NCBI GenBank assembly: GCA_963696385.1
Contig: CAVOKF010000003.1
Coordinates: 256,001 to 320,000 of the forward strand
Direction: 5' to 3'
DNA length: 64,000 bases
Source: an uncultured delta proteobacterium
GTDB lineage: Bacteria > Myxococcota_A > Polyangia > Polyangiales > Polyangiaceae
The translations under genes were made by a program, and so were the position numbers. The notes beneath the pieces were generated by a model. That model had not been told where the DNA came from, did no database searches, and worked only from the letters and a program-made list of their open reading frames with translations. Of the stretch, positions 32,091 through 41,265 are shown piece by piece. Every line of letters starts with the position of its first letter. Position 1 is the first letter of the stretch.

Positions 32091-33486
32091 TTCGCTGCTT
32101 TCGCACGGTAGCTGCCCTTCAAGCACTCCGCGTTGCACGCGTACGGGCTGACCTCTCGGATTCCCCGGCTGATCGCGTCGTATCGCTGCTTCATGGCTTT
32201 GTATTGTGGGCCCTTCATCACAGGGGAGTGCTCCATCGGATCCGAGATCAGATCGTACGCCTTGCAGTAGCCGTCGCCGTCGAAGCAGATGATTTTCTCG
32301 TTGCCGTGCACGACCGCGCGCCGACGAGCATTGTCACTTGTCGCGGGCAGGTCCACGACGACGTCGCGCTCTTCGCTTGCACCGCCGTAGACCTGCCCCA
32401 GCAGGGACTTGCCCTCCAACGGCGCTGCCGGCTGCGCGCCATAAACATCGAGTATGGTGGGCGCGAGGTCGATGGCGCTCGTCGGAACGCCGATGCGGCG
32501 AGGCTCGGCTCCCGGAGCCGCGATCATGAGCGGCACGTGCACGAGCGTGTTCCAAACCTCGAAACCGTGCCGCGTCATCCCATGTTCTCCGAACTCTTCG
32601 CCGTGGTCGGCCGTGACGATGACCACCGTTCGAGACGCCCAGGACTTACGGGCGATGAAATCGAGCAATTTGCCGACGTAGCGGTCCGTGAACGTCACTT
32701 CGCCGTCGTACCGATCGCGAGCGCGTTTTCCCCAGTCGATCCCGGCATGGTGAATGTACTCGTCGTGCGGGTCGAGCCAATGCGCCCAGAAGAAGAAGCG
32801 TCGGGCTTCGTTGGCGGGATTGCCGAGCAACTCCTCCGCCAGATGCTCGGACTGTGGCGACGTGACGTCACGGTCCGTATTCGGATCGAACGTGATGCCG
32901 GGCACGAGTCGCCATTCGTCGAACCCCTGATCGAAGCCCGCGCTCTTGAAGTACAGGTGAGCCATCACGCCCATCGTATGCACACCGGCTCTTTGAAGGA
33001 CCTTCGGGAAGAAGACATCACCTCGGTAGGTGCCGAAAAAATAGCCGCTCCGCCGCAACTCGGACGGCAGCCTGCCGGCGAGCAATCCGCCGAGGCTCAT
33101 CGAGGTGTAAGACGACACCGAATACGACTGGGTGAAGCTCGCAGCCCGCGCCTCGAACGCGGTCAAGCGCGGCGCAATCGGCCGGTCGTACCCGCTCCAC
33201 GGCATGTCGGCGCGGAGACTATCAATCGATAGCAGGATGACGTTGGCGTCTTGGGGGGGCGCCCTCGGGCCCGCTCGGACGCGGACCCCCGAGTTTCGTG
33301 TGCGTCGGCCACTGCTCCGCTGGCGCCCGGAGCCCGCCCCTCCATGCCCTTACCACTCGGGGCGTTTGGAGGCGGTGGGGCCGCAACGAGCCGTGACCCG
33401 TCGTTTGAGCACGCGGGGAACGACACCATAGCGCAGGCAACGACGACCCGCACGGCCTGCAGACGATGGCGCCAACGGGCCCGCAC
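32087..33486 (-). pseudogene. Sulfatase-like (alkaline phosphatase superfamily) probable lipoprotein, frameshifted at G7 run 33253-33259
   Basis: Catalytic frame NVILLSIDSLRAD, SSYTSMS, HWLDPH, TADHGEEFGEHG has an in-frame TAA near 33350 and no start before the NVILL motif; the signal-peptide frame (VRARWRHRLQAVRVVVACAMVSFPAC) joins it if one base is added. Confidence 0.8.
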
Positions 33487-33500
33487 CGATAGCCCCAACC

Positions 33501-36500
33501 TCAAGAATCGATGGCGATCCGAAGCTTTTCTCGAAGCTCGAGATACGGCTTGCTGATGCTGTAGAGCACGCACGCCTTGACCCGATCGTCGGCTGCGACG
33601 CTCGAGGCGTCTGGGGTCGCCCGAATCACGTCCGCGGCGGTGGCCAGGTCGTGGGCGACGAGAAAGCCGGCGCGATCCGCCGTCAGATCGATGGCCGCAA
33701 CCCATTTCTTCAGGTCGATCGCACCACCCGATTGAAGAAGCTTGGATATCGTGCTGGCCAGGATCTCGCGCGGCGTTCCCTGAAAATCTTGTGCGATGTA
33801 CGTCAGGGCTTCGTTGACCTGCCCCTGAACATCCTGCGCTATCGGAAACTGCGGGACGCAGTGCTTCACGGCCGCGAAGAGCCAGCCCTTGAGCCCCGTG
33901 CCCGTCGGTACGAGATGCCGAACGTAATACCCCGGACGGAAGTACGTCATGTGACGCCCGGCCACGAACGCCAGCGATTGATTGGGAACGTCTTGGTCGA
34001 AGGCCGCGTTTCCCAAAACGATCGCCGGCGTGCGGGCGTGCAGAAAGCCGAACCCCGATGGGTCATTCTGGTTTTGAAATACGGGCGGCGCTTCGAATCC
34101 AAATACTCCTTGCACATAATACAGCGTTTCGCAGGCGGGGTACGGCTGCGAAGCGAGATCGATTCGATACGACATATCGAATCCGAGCGCCGCAAGCGGC
34201 TGCGTCCGGGCGCGCACGACCGTCGGCTGAATGAGTGCAAAAATGCTCGTCAACAAGGGATCGGCGTCGGGGTGAGCGATACGCGTGACCCAGTCCGGCT
34301 CCTCGAGCATCGCTTGTGCCGGTGCGGCATTGTCCGCCCTGTGACGGAGATAAAATCGCTCTTCGTCCGGCTCTGCGAGACCGAGCACGACGAGCGCCTG
34401 GCAGAGGCACCAGGACGGATCAGGCCTACGCGCCTCCGTATAAAGGCGCCGAAGGAGCTTGTAGCTCTCGACCCGGAACGGGTTACTCCGGAGAATTTCG
34501 GCATGCGCCGTGACCGCCTTGTCGAGATACGTGCTCACGTCACTCGCGTACAACCCAGCGAGAATCTCCGTGCGCTCACGTCGTCCATCCGGGTCGAAAG
34601 CCTGGGCCGCTTCGTACGCGTCAATCGCGAGCTCCGGTTCGTCGAGCGATGAGCGATACAGATCTCCGAGGTTATCCAGCACGTGGACGATGCGCGCGTG
34701 ATCCTGAACCTGCTTGGCTTGGTCGAGTTGGGCATTGAGGAGTCGCTCTACGCCGTCGTAGTCCTCCTTTTGGCGACGTAGCTCGATCGCCTCGTCCATC
34801 GCCTTGACGAGGGTCGGATCGGATTCGAGCGCCCGATCGTAGTATTCGATGGCGTGCTCGACGTCGCCCAACTGCCGCGCCGTCACCTTGGCTGCGGTGT
34901 GCATGTACTTGGCCCGTTGCTTCGGATCCGCGACGAAGTCGGCCAGGCGAAGCACGACCGTGACCAGGCTTGCCCAGTCCTTCTCTTCCGAGAAGACCTC
35001 CATCAACTTGGTCAGGAGCTTTCGGTCGTCGGGCCGCTCATCGAGCGCGGCGAGGTACGTTCGACTGGCACGCGCGCAATCGTTGAGCTTCTTGAACTCG
35101 GCATCGCCGATCTCCATGAGTAACTCGAAGCGCTCGGCTCCATGGGCAATCTCGAGGCGCTGTCGTTTCGTGCGGGTGAATTCCTCCCAATCGCCCGTCT
35201 GCTCGTACACGCGCGCCAGTGCGTTCAACGGCCCCGGATTCCTCGGATCCGTCTCCGCAGCCTCGCGAAGGAAGTCAACGGCCTTGTCGAGCTCTCCGAG
35301 CCGGCGCAAGGACTCCCCCAGGCGCCACTGAGCATCCGCCATTTCGGCACCCTGCAGCTCGCCGGCATGATCGCCCAAAAGCCGCTCGTAGGTCCTGCGC
35401 GCGGCGTTCAGGTCGTTGCACTCGAACAGCACACGGGCGACTCGGGCGAGCGCCTGCGGGTCGTCTGGTCGGAGCCGTTCGAAGGCCTCGACGGCAACGG
35501 CCAGCCGCGGCTGCGAACCGACGATAGAGGATGGCGACGGTCCATCGTGCAGCGATGGGGAAGACGGCCGGGGTGGCAGGCTGCGCCCGTACGCCTCGAT
35601 AAAGCGCACCAGCACCCGCACGGCATCGTCCGAGGGCAGCGAAGCGGCGCGACCGACCAGCGGTTCGAGATGCTTCGTGGCTTCGACATAGCGCTCCTTC
35701 TCGTAAGCGATATCTCCCAACAGGAGCTGCGCATCGGCGTTCGTAGGGTCAAGCTCAAGGGCAGCTCTGGCGCTCGCCTCGGCGAGATCGTTGTCGTGCA
35801 GCTGATCGCGCAGCACGCGGGCCAGCTCCGCCTGCAGGCGCCCACGCGCAATCTTGCCCTCGGTGAGATCGAGCTCCCGCTCGATTAAGGCGACCACGCT
35901 CGCGGCATCGCCGCGAGCGGCATACGCATGCCGCAGGGCCGCGGCCGCCGACGCGTCCGTCGGTACCGCTTCGGTGGCCAGCTTGTACCGCTCAATGGCG
36001 CCATCGCGATCCCCGTGCGTCTCGAGCAGACGTGCGGCTCGCATCCATTGTTCCGCCCGCGCCTCGGGTGTCTGTGCGTTGGCTGCGATCGCCTCGATGG
36101 CTTGGACGGCCGCCTGAGCGTCACCACTCTGCTCGCGCAGACGCGCTATCGCTTCGAGCGCGCCGGCGTGGCCGGGTTGGAGCTCGAGCACCTGCTCGTA
36201 CACGCGCATCGCCCGTTCCGGCGACCCGAGGTTGTCTGCCAAAACCCGTGCTCTCAGCGCAACCAGCTCGACGCGGCGCTCGCCATCGCCCACCAGATCG
36301 GCATTCTTGTCGTAGAGCTCCTCAAGCCGCTCCCACTGACCCAATGCGCGATAATGCCGCGCCAGTTTCGTCATGGCGCCTTCGTTCGATGGGTCGAGCG
36401 TCAGTACCTCCTCCAGACATTCGACCGCGCGCTCGTGGTCAAGGAACTCTTCTTCATAGAGTGAGGCCATACGCTCGTAGACGTTCATCTTCTGTCGAGG

Positions 36501-38894
36501 CGTTGGGGCCGAGTCCGCCTGCCGTCGCAGGGTGTCGAGAAGCTCTCGGTACATTCCCGTGCGGTTGTAGACGCGAGCAAGCCCCTTGAGGGCGGGCGCA
36601 TCGTTCCGATCGATCGCCAGGGCCGCCTCGTACCGGCGGACTGCTTCTTGGAAGTTCTCCAGCTGGTTCTCGTACAGTTCCCCGACCTTGACCCACGCCT
36701 CGACCTTCTCGCGACCGCTTCGCGTTTCAGCCCTCCGCTCGAGAACGGACGCAAGCGTCCGGTAGTCGCCCGTGCGCTCGGCGATCCGCGCCATGCCGTC
36801 GGCCGCCTTCTCATGGGCGGGATCCTCGGCAAGAACAGCGCCAAACAGCTCCGCCGCTTTCGCCGCGTCATCCAAATGCTCCTCAAGCACCTCCGCAGCT
36901 TCGGCCCGAAGGTCGCGTGCTCGCGGAAACTCCCGAACCGAATCCGCCCGGACGACGAGCGCAGCGACGAGCTCGGGCCACTGCTTGGCGCGGCGGTAGA
37001 GTCCGGCCAACTCCTCGTGCGCCTCCTCGTTGTTCGCGTCGGCTTCCAGGATGTTGAGGTACGCAAATCGGGCCAAATCGCCGCGACCGAGTTTTTGCTC
37101 GTACCAGCGGCCCGCATAGGCCAAGAGGCGATTCCTTTCGGCAACCGGCAGAGCGCCGCTCTGCACGCCCGAGGTGATCGTGGCGAGCACCTCGTTCCAA
37201 AGAGGCTGCTTGGCTTGGGCCAAGCGCTCAATCTCGTCCGCCAAATCACGCTTGGTCGGGGTCTCGCACAAGGCGCGCGCATACGCCAAAAGTCCTTGGT
37301 CGGGATCCTCGAGGGTCGTTGCGCATAGACGCCCGATCTCGGCGAAGATGCGCGATCGGGGCTCCCCCGGCGCAGCTGCATCGCTCCGTCCGATGAGCGA
37401 CTCGACGACCTCGGCGTATTTTCCGAGCGCCCTTTTCGTGGCCTCCAGCGCAAGATGGGCCTCGGTGTCGCGCGGATCGAGCTCGACGATGGCCGCATAC
37501 GCACTCTCCGCGCGTTCTCGATCTCCTACGGCTAGGTCGAACGTGCGGGCGGCTCGCAGCAGGAGCCCCTTCTTCACGGCGAGCGCGTTCGCGTCGTCGT
37601 TGCTGACTCCAGCGGCAGCCGCCTGGAACGCCTCGGCCACGGTCGCCGGATGGGCGCCGAGGTCGAGCGCTTGCTCGAGCGCCTCCGCGGATCGAGCCTC
37701 GTCGGGAGCGGCAATGAGCTCGTCGACGAGCTCCGCCAGAGCCTGTTCCGAGAATGCCTCTACGCCGACGGAGCGAACCGAGACCGGTCCGCGTCCGAGC
37801 CCATCGATGGCCTCCAAGAGCGCCGAAGCATCGCGGGGACGCTTATCCGGTTGCTTCTCCAAAAGAGACAGGACGAACTGATCGACGTCCCGGGTAACCC
37901 ACCCTCTCGGAGCTTTGCCGCTCGGCGGCTCGGCCGCCCTGGAAAGGTGCGCGAAGGCCGCGTCCGCTGCGCTTTCGAACGAAAAGACGGGTTGGCCCGC
38001 CAGAAGCTCGTACATCATCGCTCCGACCGCGTAGACGTCCGTCGCGCAGTCAGCGCGCTCGCCGCGCACCTGCTCCGGAGCGATGGTCTTGGGCGACCCG
38101 AAGACGGCGAGCAGGCCGCTGTGCCCGTTCGCGACGATGGCGCGTGGGCGGAGGCGGTCCGTGGCGAAATCGATGAGCGTCACGGCCGGAGCGACGTGCG
38201 GATGGCTGCGATCGATGAGGACGTTTTCCAGCTTCATCGCGCCGTGAGCGATTCGCGCGCGGTGGAGTGCGGCAAGCGGCTCGAGAATGCCACGCAGAAT
38301 GGGCTTGAGCTCCGCTAGTTGCATGGGCCCCGAACGTTGGAAATGAAGCCTCAACGTCTGCACGTCCCCAGCGCCGTAGCTGACCCATGCGGAGCCATCC
38401 GTTTCGCCCACCTCAAGCCAAGACAGAAGGCCGGGATGGTCGATCGCGGCAACCATTCGGTTTGCGGTCAGAAAGCGCTGAACCGCGCGGCAATCCCGAC
38501 TCGCCTCGCGCCGAATGACCTTGAGCGTGCAGTCCACGTCGTCCCGAAGCGCCTCGTACACGATGGCGAGTGGGCTCTCGCCGATTTTGCGTACGATCCG
38601 GAAATCGGCAAAGACACCTCCGGCCTGAATCTCGTCGGTCGACAAAAGTCCAGCCACGTCCTTGAGGCGCGCGTCTGCGCCGTGATGGGCCGCGAGAATG
38701 ACGTCGACCAATGCATCGATCCGGTCGCGAGCCACGCATCGTTCCGCGAGCGCGCGCGCGAAGCTTGCCTTGGCTGTGGCGCCGCCGACATCCTCCGGAT
38801 CGAGGCCGAGCAGACGCTTGCTCATAGAGGTCATCTCCTCGAGCGAGAACGATCGCTCGAGCTCTGCGAGGAGAATGTCGATTGAGGAATCCAT
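33501..38894 (-). CDS. Giant protein (1797 aa): EAD/Death-like N-terminus, Ser/Thr pseudokinase, TPR array, degenerate M48-like C-terminus
   Basis: Kinase subdomains (LKVI, HGAMKLENV, DFA, GSPKTIAPEQ, DVYAVG); many TPRs; TADRAGFLV. Confidence 0.88.
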   Translation of the reverse strand: MDSSIDILLAELERSFSLEEMTSMSKRLLGLDPEDVGGATAKASFARALAERCVARDRIDALVDVILAAHHGADARLKDVAGLLSTDEIQAGGVFADFRIVRKIGESPLAIVYEALRDDVDCTLKVIRREASRDCRAVQRFLTANRMVAAIDHPGLLSWLEVGETDGSAWVSYGAGDVQTLRLHFQRSGPMQLAELKPILRGILEPLAALHRARIAHGAMKLENVLIDRSHPHVAPAVTLIDFATDRLRPRAIVANGHSGLLAVFGSPKTIAPEQVRGERADCATDVYAVGAMMYELLAGQPVFSFESAADAAFAHLSRAAEPPSGKAPRGWVTRDVDQFVLSLLEKQPDKRPRDASALLEAIDGLGRGPVSVRSVGVEAFSEQALAELVDELIAAPDEARSAEALEQALDLGAHPATVAEAFQAAAAGVSNDDANALAVKKGLLLRAARTFDLAVGDRERAESAYAAIVELDPRDTEAHLALEATKRALGKYAEVVESLIGRSDAAAPGEPRSRIFAEIGRLCATTLEDPDQGLLAYARALCETPTKRDLADEIERLAQAKQPLWNEVLATITSGVQSGALPVAERNRLLAYAGRWYEQKLGRGDLARFAYLNILEADANNEEAHEELAGLYRRAKQWPELVAALVVRADSVREFPRARDLRAEAAEVLEEHLDDAAKAAELFGAVLAEDPAHEKAADGMARIAERTGDYRTLASVLERRAETRSGREKVEAWVKVGELYENQLENFQEAVRRYEAALAIDRNDAPALKGLARVYNRTGMYRELLDTLRRQADSAPTPRQKMNVYERMASLYEEEFLDHERAVECLEEVLTLDPSNEGAMTKLARHYRALGQWERLEELYDKNADLVGDGERRVELVALRARVLADNLGSPERAMRVYEQVLELQPGHAGALEAIARLREQSGDAQAAVQAIEAIAANAQTPEARAEQWMRAARLLETHGDRDGAIERYKLATEAVPTDASAAAALRHAYAARGDAASVVALIERELDLTEGKIARGRLQAELARVLRDQLHDNDLAEASARAALELDPTNADAQLLLGDIAYEKERYVEATKHLEPLVGRAASLPSDDAVRVLVRFIEAYGRSLPPRPSSPSLHDGPSPSSIVGSQPRLAVAVEAFERLRPDDPQALARVARVLFECNDLNAARRTYERLLGDHAGELQGAEMADAQWRLGESLRRLGELDKAVDFLREAAETDPRNPGPLNALARVYEQTGDWEEFTRTKRQRLEIAHGAERFELLMEIGDAEFKKLNDCARASRTYLAALDERPDDRKLLTKLMEVFSEEKDWASLVTVVLRLADFVADPKQRAKYMHTAAKVTARQLGDVEHAIEYYDRALESDPTLVKAMDEAIELRRQKEDYDGVERLLNAQLDQAKQVQDHARIVHVLDNLGDLYRSSLDEPELAIDAYEAAQAFDPDGRRERTEILAGLYASDVSTYLDKAVTAHAEILRSNPFRVESYKLLRRLYTEARRPDPSWCLCQALVVLGLAEPDEERFYLRHRADNAAPAQAMLEEPDWVTRIAHPDADPLLTSIFALIQPTVVRARTQPLAALGFDMSYRIDLASQPYPACETLYYVQGVFGFEAPPVFQNQNDPSGFGFLHARTPAIVLGNAAFDQDVPNQSLAFVAGRHMTYFRPGYYVRHLVPTGTGLKGWLFAAVKHCVPQFPIAQDVQGQVNEALTYIAQDFQGTPREILASTISKLLQSGGAIDLKKWVAAIDLTADRAGFLVAHDLATAADVIRATPDASSVAADDRVKACVLYSISKPYLELREKLRIAIDS

Positions 38895-39164
38895 AGGGTC
38901 CACCGGAAGGCTACGCGAAGAGGGCGCAGATGGTAGCAGGGGGCGGTCCGGCAGGCTGACCGCCCTTGGACTTGGGCGGTTTACCGAGCCCCCGGTCCGG
39001 GCGTCGAGACCACGGGCATCGCTGAGGAGCGAAGCGTCGGGGCCCGATCGGCGAACCGCTCGCCGGAACTCGCCCTGTCGCAGGTTGCCGCCGCTGCAGG
39101 ACCCACCTCTCACTCTCCGGCTTGGCTTTCAAGCCCGGCTGCATCTTGCCACCGACAAGGGTCG

Positions 39165-39827
39165 CTAATGGGGTTCGCGCTCGCGCGTAATGCCGGGATA
39201 CGTCTCATCGCCAGGCTCGTGCCGCGGGTTTCTGGTCTCGAACGTACCATCCTGGCCGTCGAACGACAGGAGAAGGTCTCGGTCGTAAATGAACTGATCG
39301 CGAGAGTCGTAGGGGACCGCATGCATGCCCGTGTCCATGCGAATCGCGTCGCATGGGCAAGCCTCTACGCAATAGCCGCAAAAGATGCAGCGCAACTCAT
39401 CCACGACGAACCGAACCGGATACCGCTCATAGCCACGCCGCGCGTCGCCCGGCGGATATTCGCCGGCCTCGATGAAGATGCATTGAGCGGGGCAGGCCGT
39501 CGAGCAGCAAAGGCACGCGACGCAGCGCATGCTTCCGTCGTCGCGCGTCGTCAGCCGGTGAACGCCGCGAAAGCGCTCCGGGTACGGTCGCTTCTGCTCC
39601 GGATAGGAGATCGTCGTAATGCCGTCATCGAATCGATCGAGCACGGGATCCGGTCGCTCCGCACGAACCATCTCGCGCGTATTCTCGAAGAAATGCTTCA
39701 TCGAGACGCTGACGCCCTTGAAGATCTCCGGCAGGTAGCTCTTGAATTCGAGATTGCGCGAGGCGTGCGCGACGGGAGTCGCGTTGGTCGGTGCAGGCGG
39801 TCTCTTCGGGAATGTTCTGGGCTGCAT
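39165..39827 (-). CDS. nuoI: NADH-quinone oxidoreductase subunit I
   Basis: TISYPEQK, RFRGVH, CVACLCCSTACP, CIFCGYCVEACP. Confidence 0.96.
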   Translation of the reverse strand: MQPRTFPKRPPAPTNATPVAHASRNLEFKSYLPEIFKGVSVSMKHFFENTREMVRAERPDPVLDRFDDGITTISYPEQKRPYPERFRGVHRLTTRDDGSMRCVACLCCSTACPAQCIFIEAGEYPPGDARRGYERYPVRFVVDELRCIFCGYCVEACPCDAIRMDTGMHAVPYDSRDQFIYDRDLLLSFDGQDGTFETRNPRHEPGDETYPGITREREPH

Positions 39828-39882
39828 TCGTGTCTCCCTGGTCAGCCGTATCGTCGTCCGTCCCATGCTCGCCGTGATGGCC

Positions 39883-41262
39883 CTAAGCCTGCATCGGCTC
39901 TGTCTTCGTGCCGCCACTCTTGGCCGCCGCATCCGCCGAAGAGCCCAAAAGCGTTCGCTCGTGCCGAACGGGCGTGAGCAAGCCGATCACTCCACGAGCG
40001 ACGAAGTAGGTCATGGCCAGCGCAACGAACGCCTGAGTCACGTCCGCGAGGACCTTGAGCACGTCGCCCACGGCAGGCCCGGCGTTGTCGAGCGCCAGCC
40101 AAACGACACCGGTCACGAGAATGTTCGCGAGCGAGGCCGGCAGGAGGACTCGCCAGCCGAGTTTCATCAACTGATCGTAACGAAAGCGCGGCAACGACCA
40201 GCGAACGAAGCACTGAATCCAGCAAACGACCACCACCTTCGCGAAGAACGCGAGCACGCCGAGCGCGATCATCCAAACATGCGGAACGAGCGCGCGAACG
40301 ACCTGGAGGCCACCGAACGCGATGGTGAGTCCGTCACGGTGAAAAAACGGGAGCGCCCATCCGCCAAGAAATATCGTCACCAGGAGCATCGACCCGGTCA
40401 CGATCTCGGCATACTCAGCAAAGTAGAACATGCCGAACTTCATTCCGGCATACTCCGTGAAATATCCCGAAACAAGCTCGCTTTCCGCCTCCGGTAGATC
40501 GAATGGAATGCGCTTGTTTTCAGCAACCGAAGCTGCAAAGAACAGAAAAAACGCAAGCGGTTGCACGAAAATGCCCCACGCGTTCTCGCTCTGCCATCGC
40601 ACCATATCGTCGAGTCGAACCGTCCCGTAAATCATCATGGCGCCGATGAGGGACAGGCCGAGGGTGACCTCGTACGAGACCATTTGGCTGGCGGCCCGAA
40701 GGGCGCCCATCAAACTGAACTTGTTGTCGCTCGACCAGCCGGCGATCGCCGCGCCGATGATTCCCTGGCCGGCCATTGCGAAGATGTAGAGAACGCCCAC
40801 GCTGAGCGGCGCAACGGTCAGATCGATGGGATAGTACCCGCTCTTCAGATCCATCGCGCACAGGCCGTTTCGCTGCACCGCCGGCCCCACGAAAACGTTT
40901 GGGAAATGAAGCGCGAACTGATGGGGGCAAATCGTATCGCCGAAGGGAATGACTGCGAGCAGGGTGAACACCGCTCCCATCGATATAATGGGCGCCAGCG
41001 CGAAGAGCAGCCGGTCGGCCCGTACGGGCATGAAGTCTTCCTTGGTGAAGAACTTGATTCCGTCCGCCGCAGTGTGGAGAAGTCCGAAAATGCGGAACTC
41101 CCGGCCGAAGATGGTCACCGATGCGCGGTTGGGCCCGATCCGGTGCTGGATCATGGCGCTCTGCCGACGGTCGGCCCACGTCAGGACCCCGGCCAGGTTC
41201 AAGAGAAAGCCGACCATGATGAGGATCTTGACCATCGTCCAGACGAGTTGCATGAGCGTCAT
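39883..41262 (-). CDS. nuoH: NADH-quinone oxidoreductase subunit H
   Basis: RIGPNR, ADGIKFFTKED, GWSSDNKFSLMGALRA, PFDLPEAESELVSG, PRFRYDQLM. Confidence 0.97.
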   Translation of the reverse strand: MTLMQLVWTMVKILIMVGFLLNLAGVLTWADRRQSAMIQHRIGPNRASVTIFGREFRIFGLLHTAADGIKFFTKEDFMPVRADRLLFALAPIISMGAVFTLLAVIPFGDTICPHQFALHFPNVFVGPAVQRNGLCAMDLKSGYYPIDLTVAPLSVGVLYIFAMAGQGIIGAAIAGWSSDNKFSLMGALRAASQMVSYEVTLGLSLIGAMMIYGTVRLDDMVRWQSENAWGIFVQPLAFFLFFAASVAENKRIPFDLPEAESELVSGYFTEYAGMKFGMFYFAEYAEIVTGSMLLVTIFLGGWALPFFHRDGLTIAFGGLQVVRALVPHVWMIALGVLAFFAKVVVVCWIQCFVRWSLPRFRYDQLMKLGWRVLLPASLANILVTGVVWLALDNAGPAVGDVLKVLADVTQAFVALAMTYFVARGVIGLLTPVRHERTLLGSSADAAAKSGGTKTEPMQA

Positions 41263-41265
41263 CGG

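Noticed and set aside
38895..39164. tRNA or other known ncRNA in the intergenic region
   Set aside because: Hairpins are present but I see no cloverleaf, T-loop or recognisable family motif
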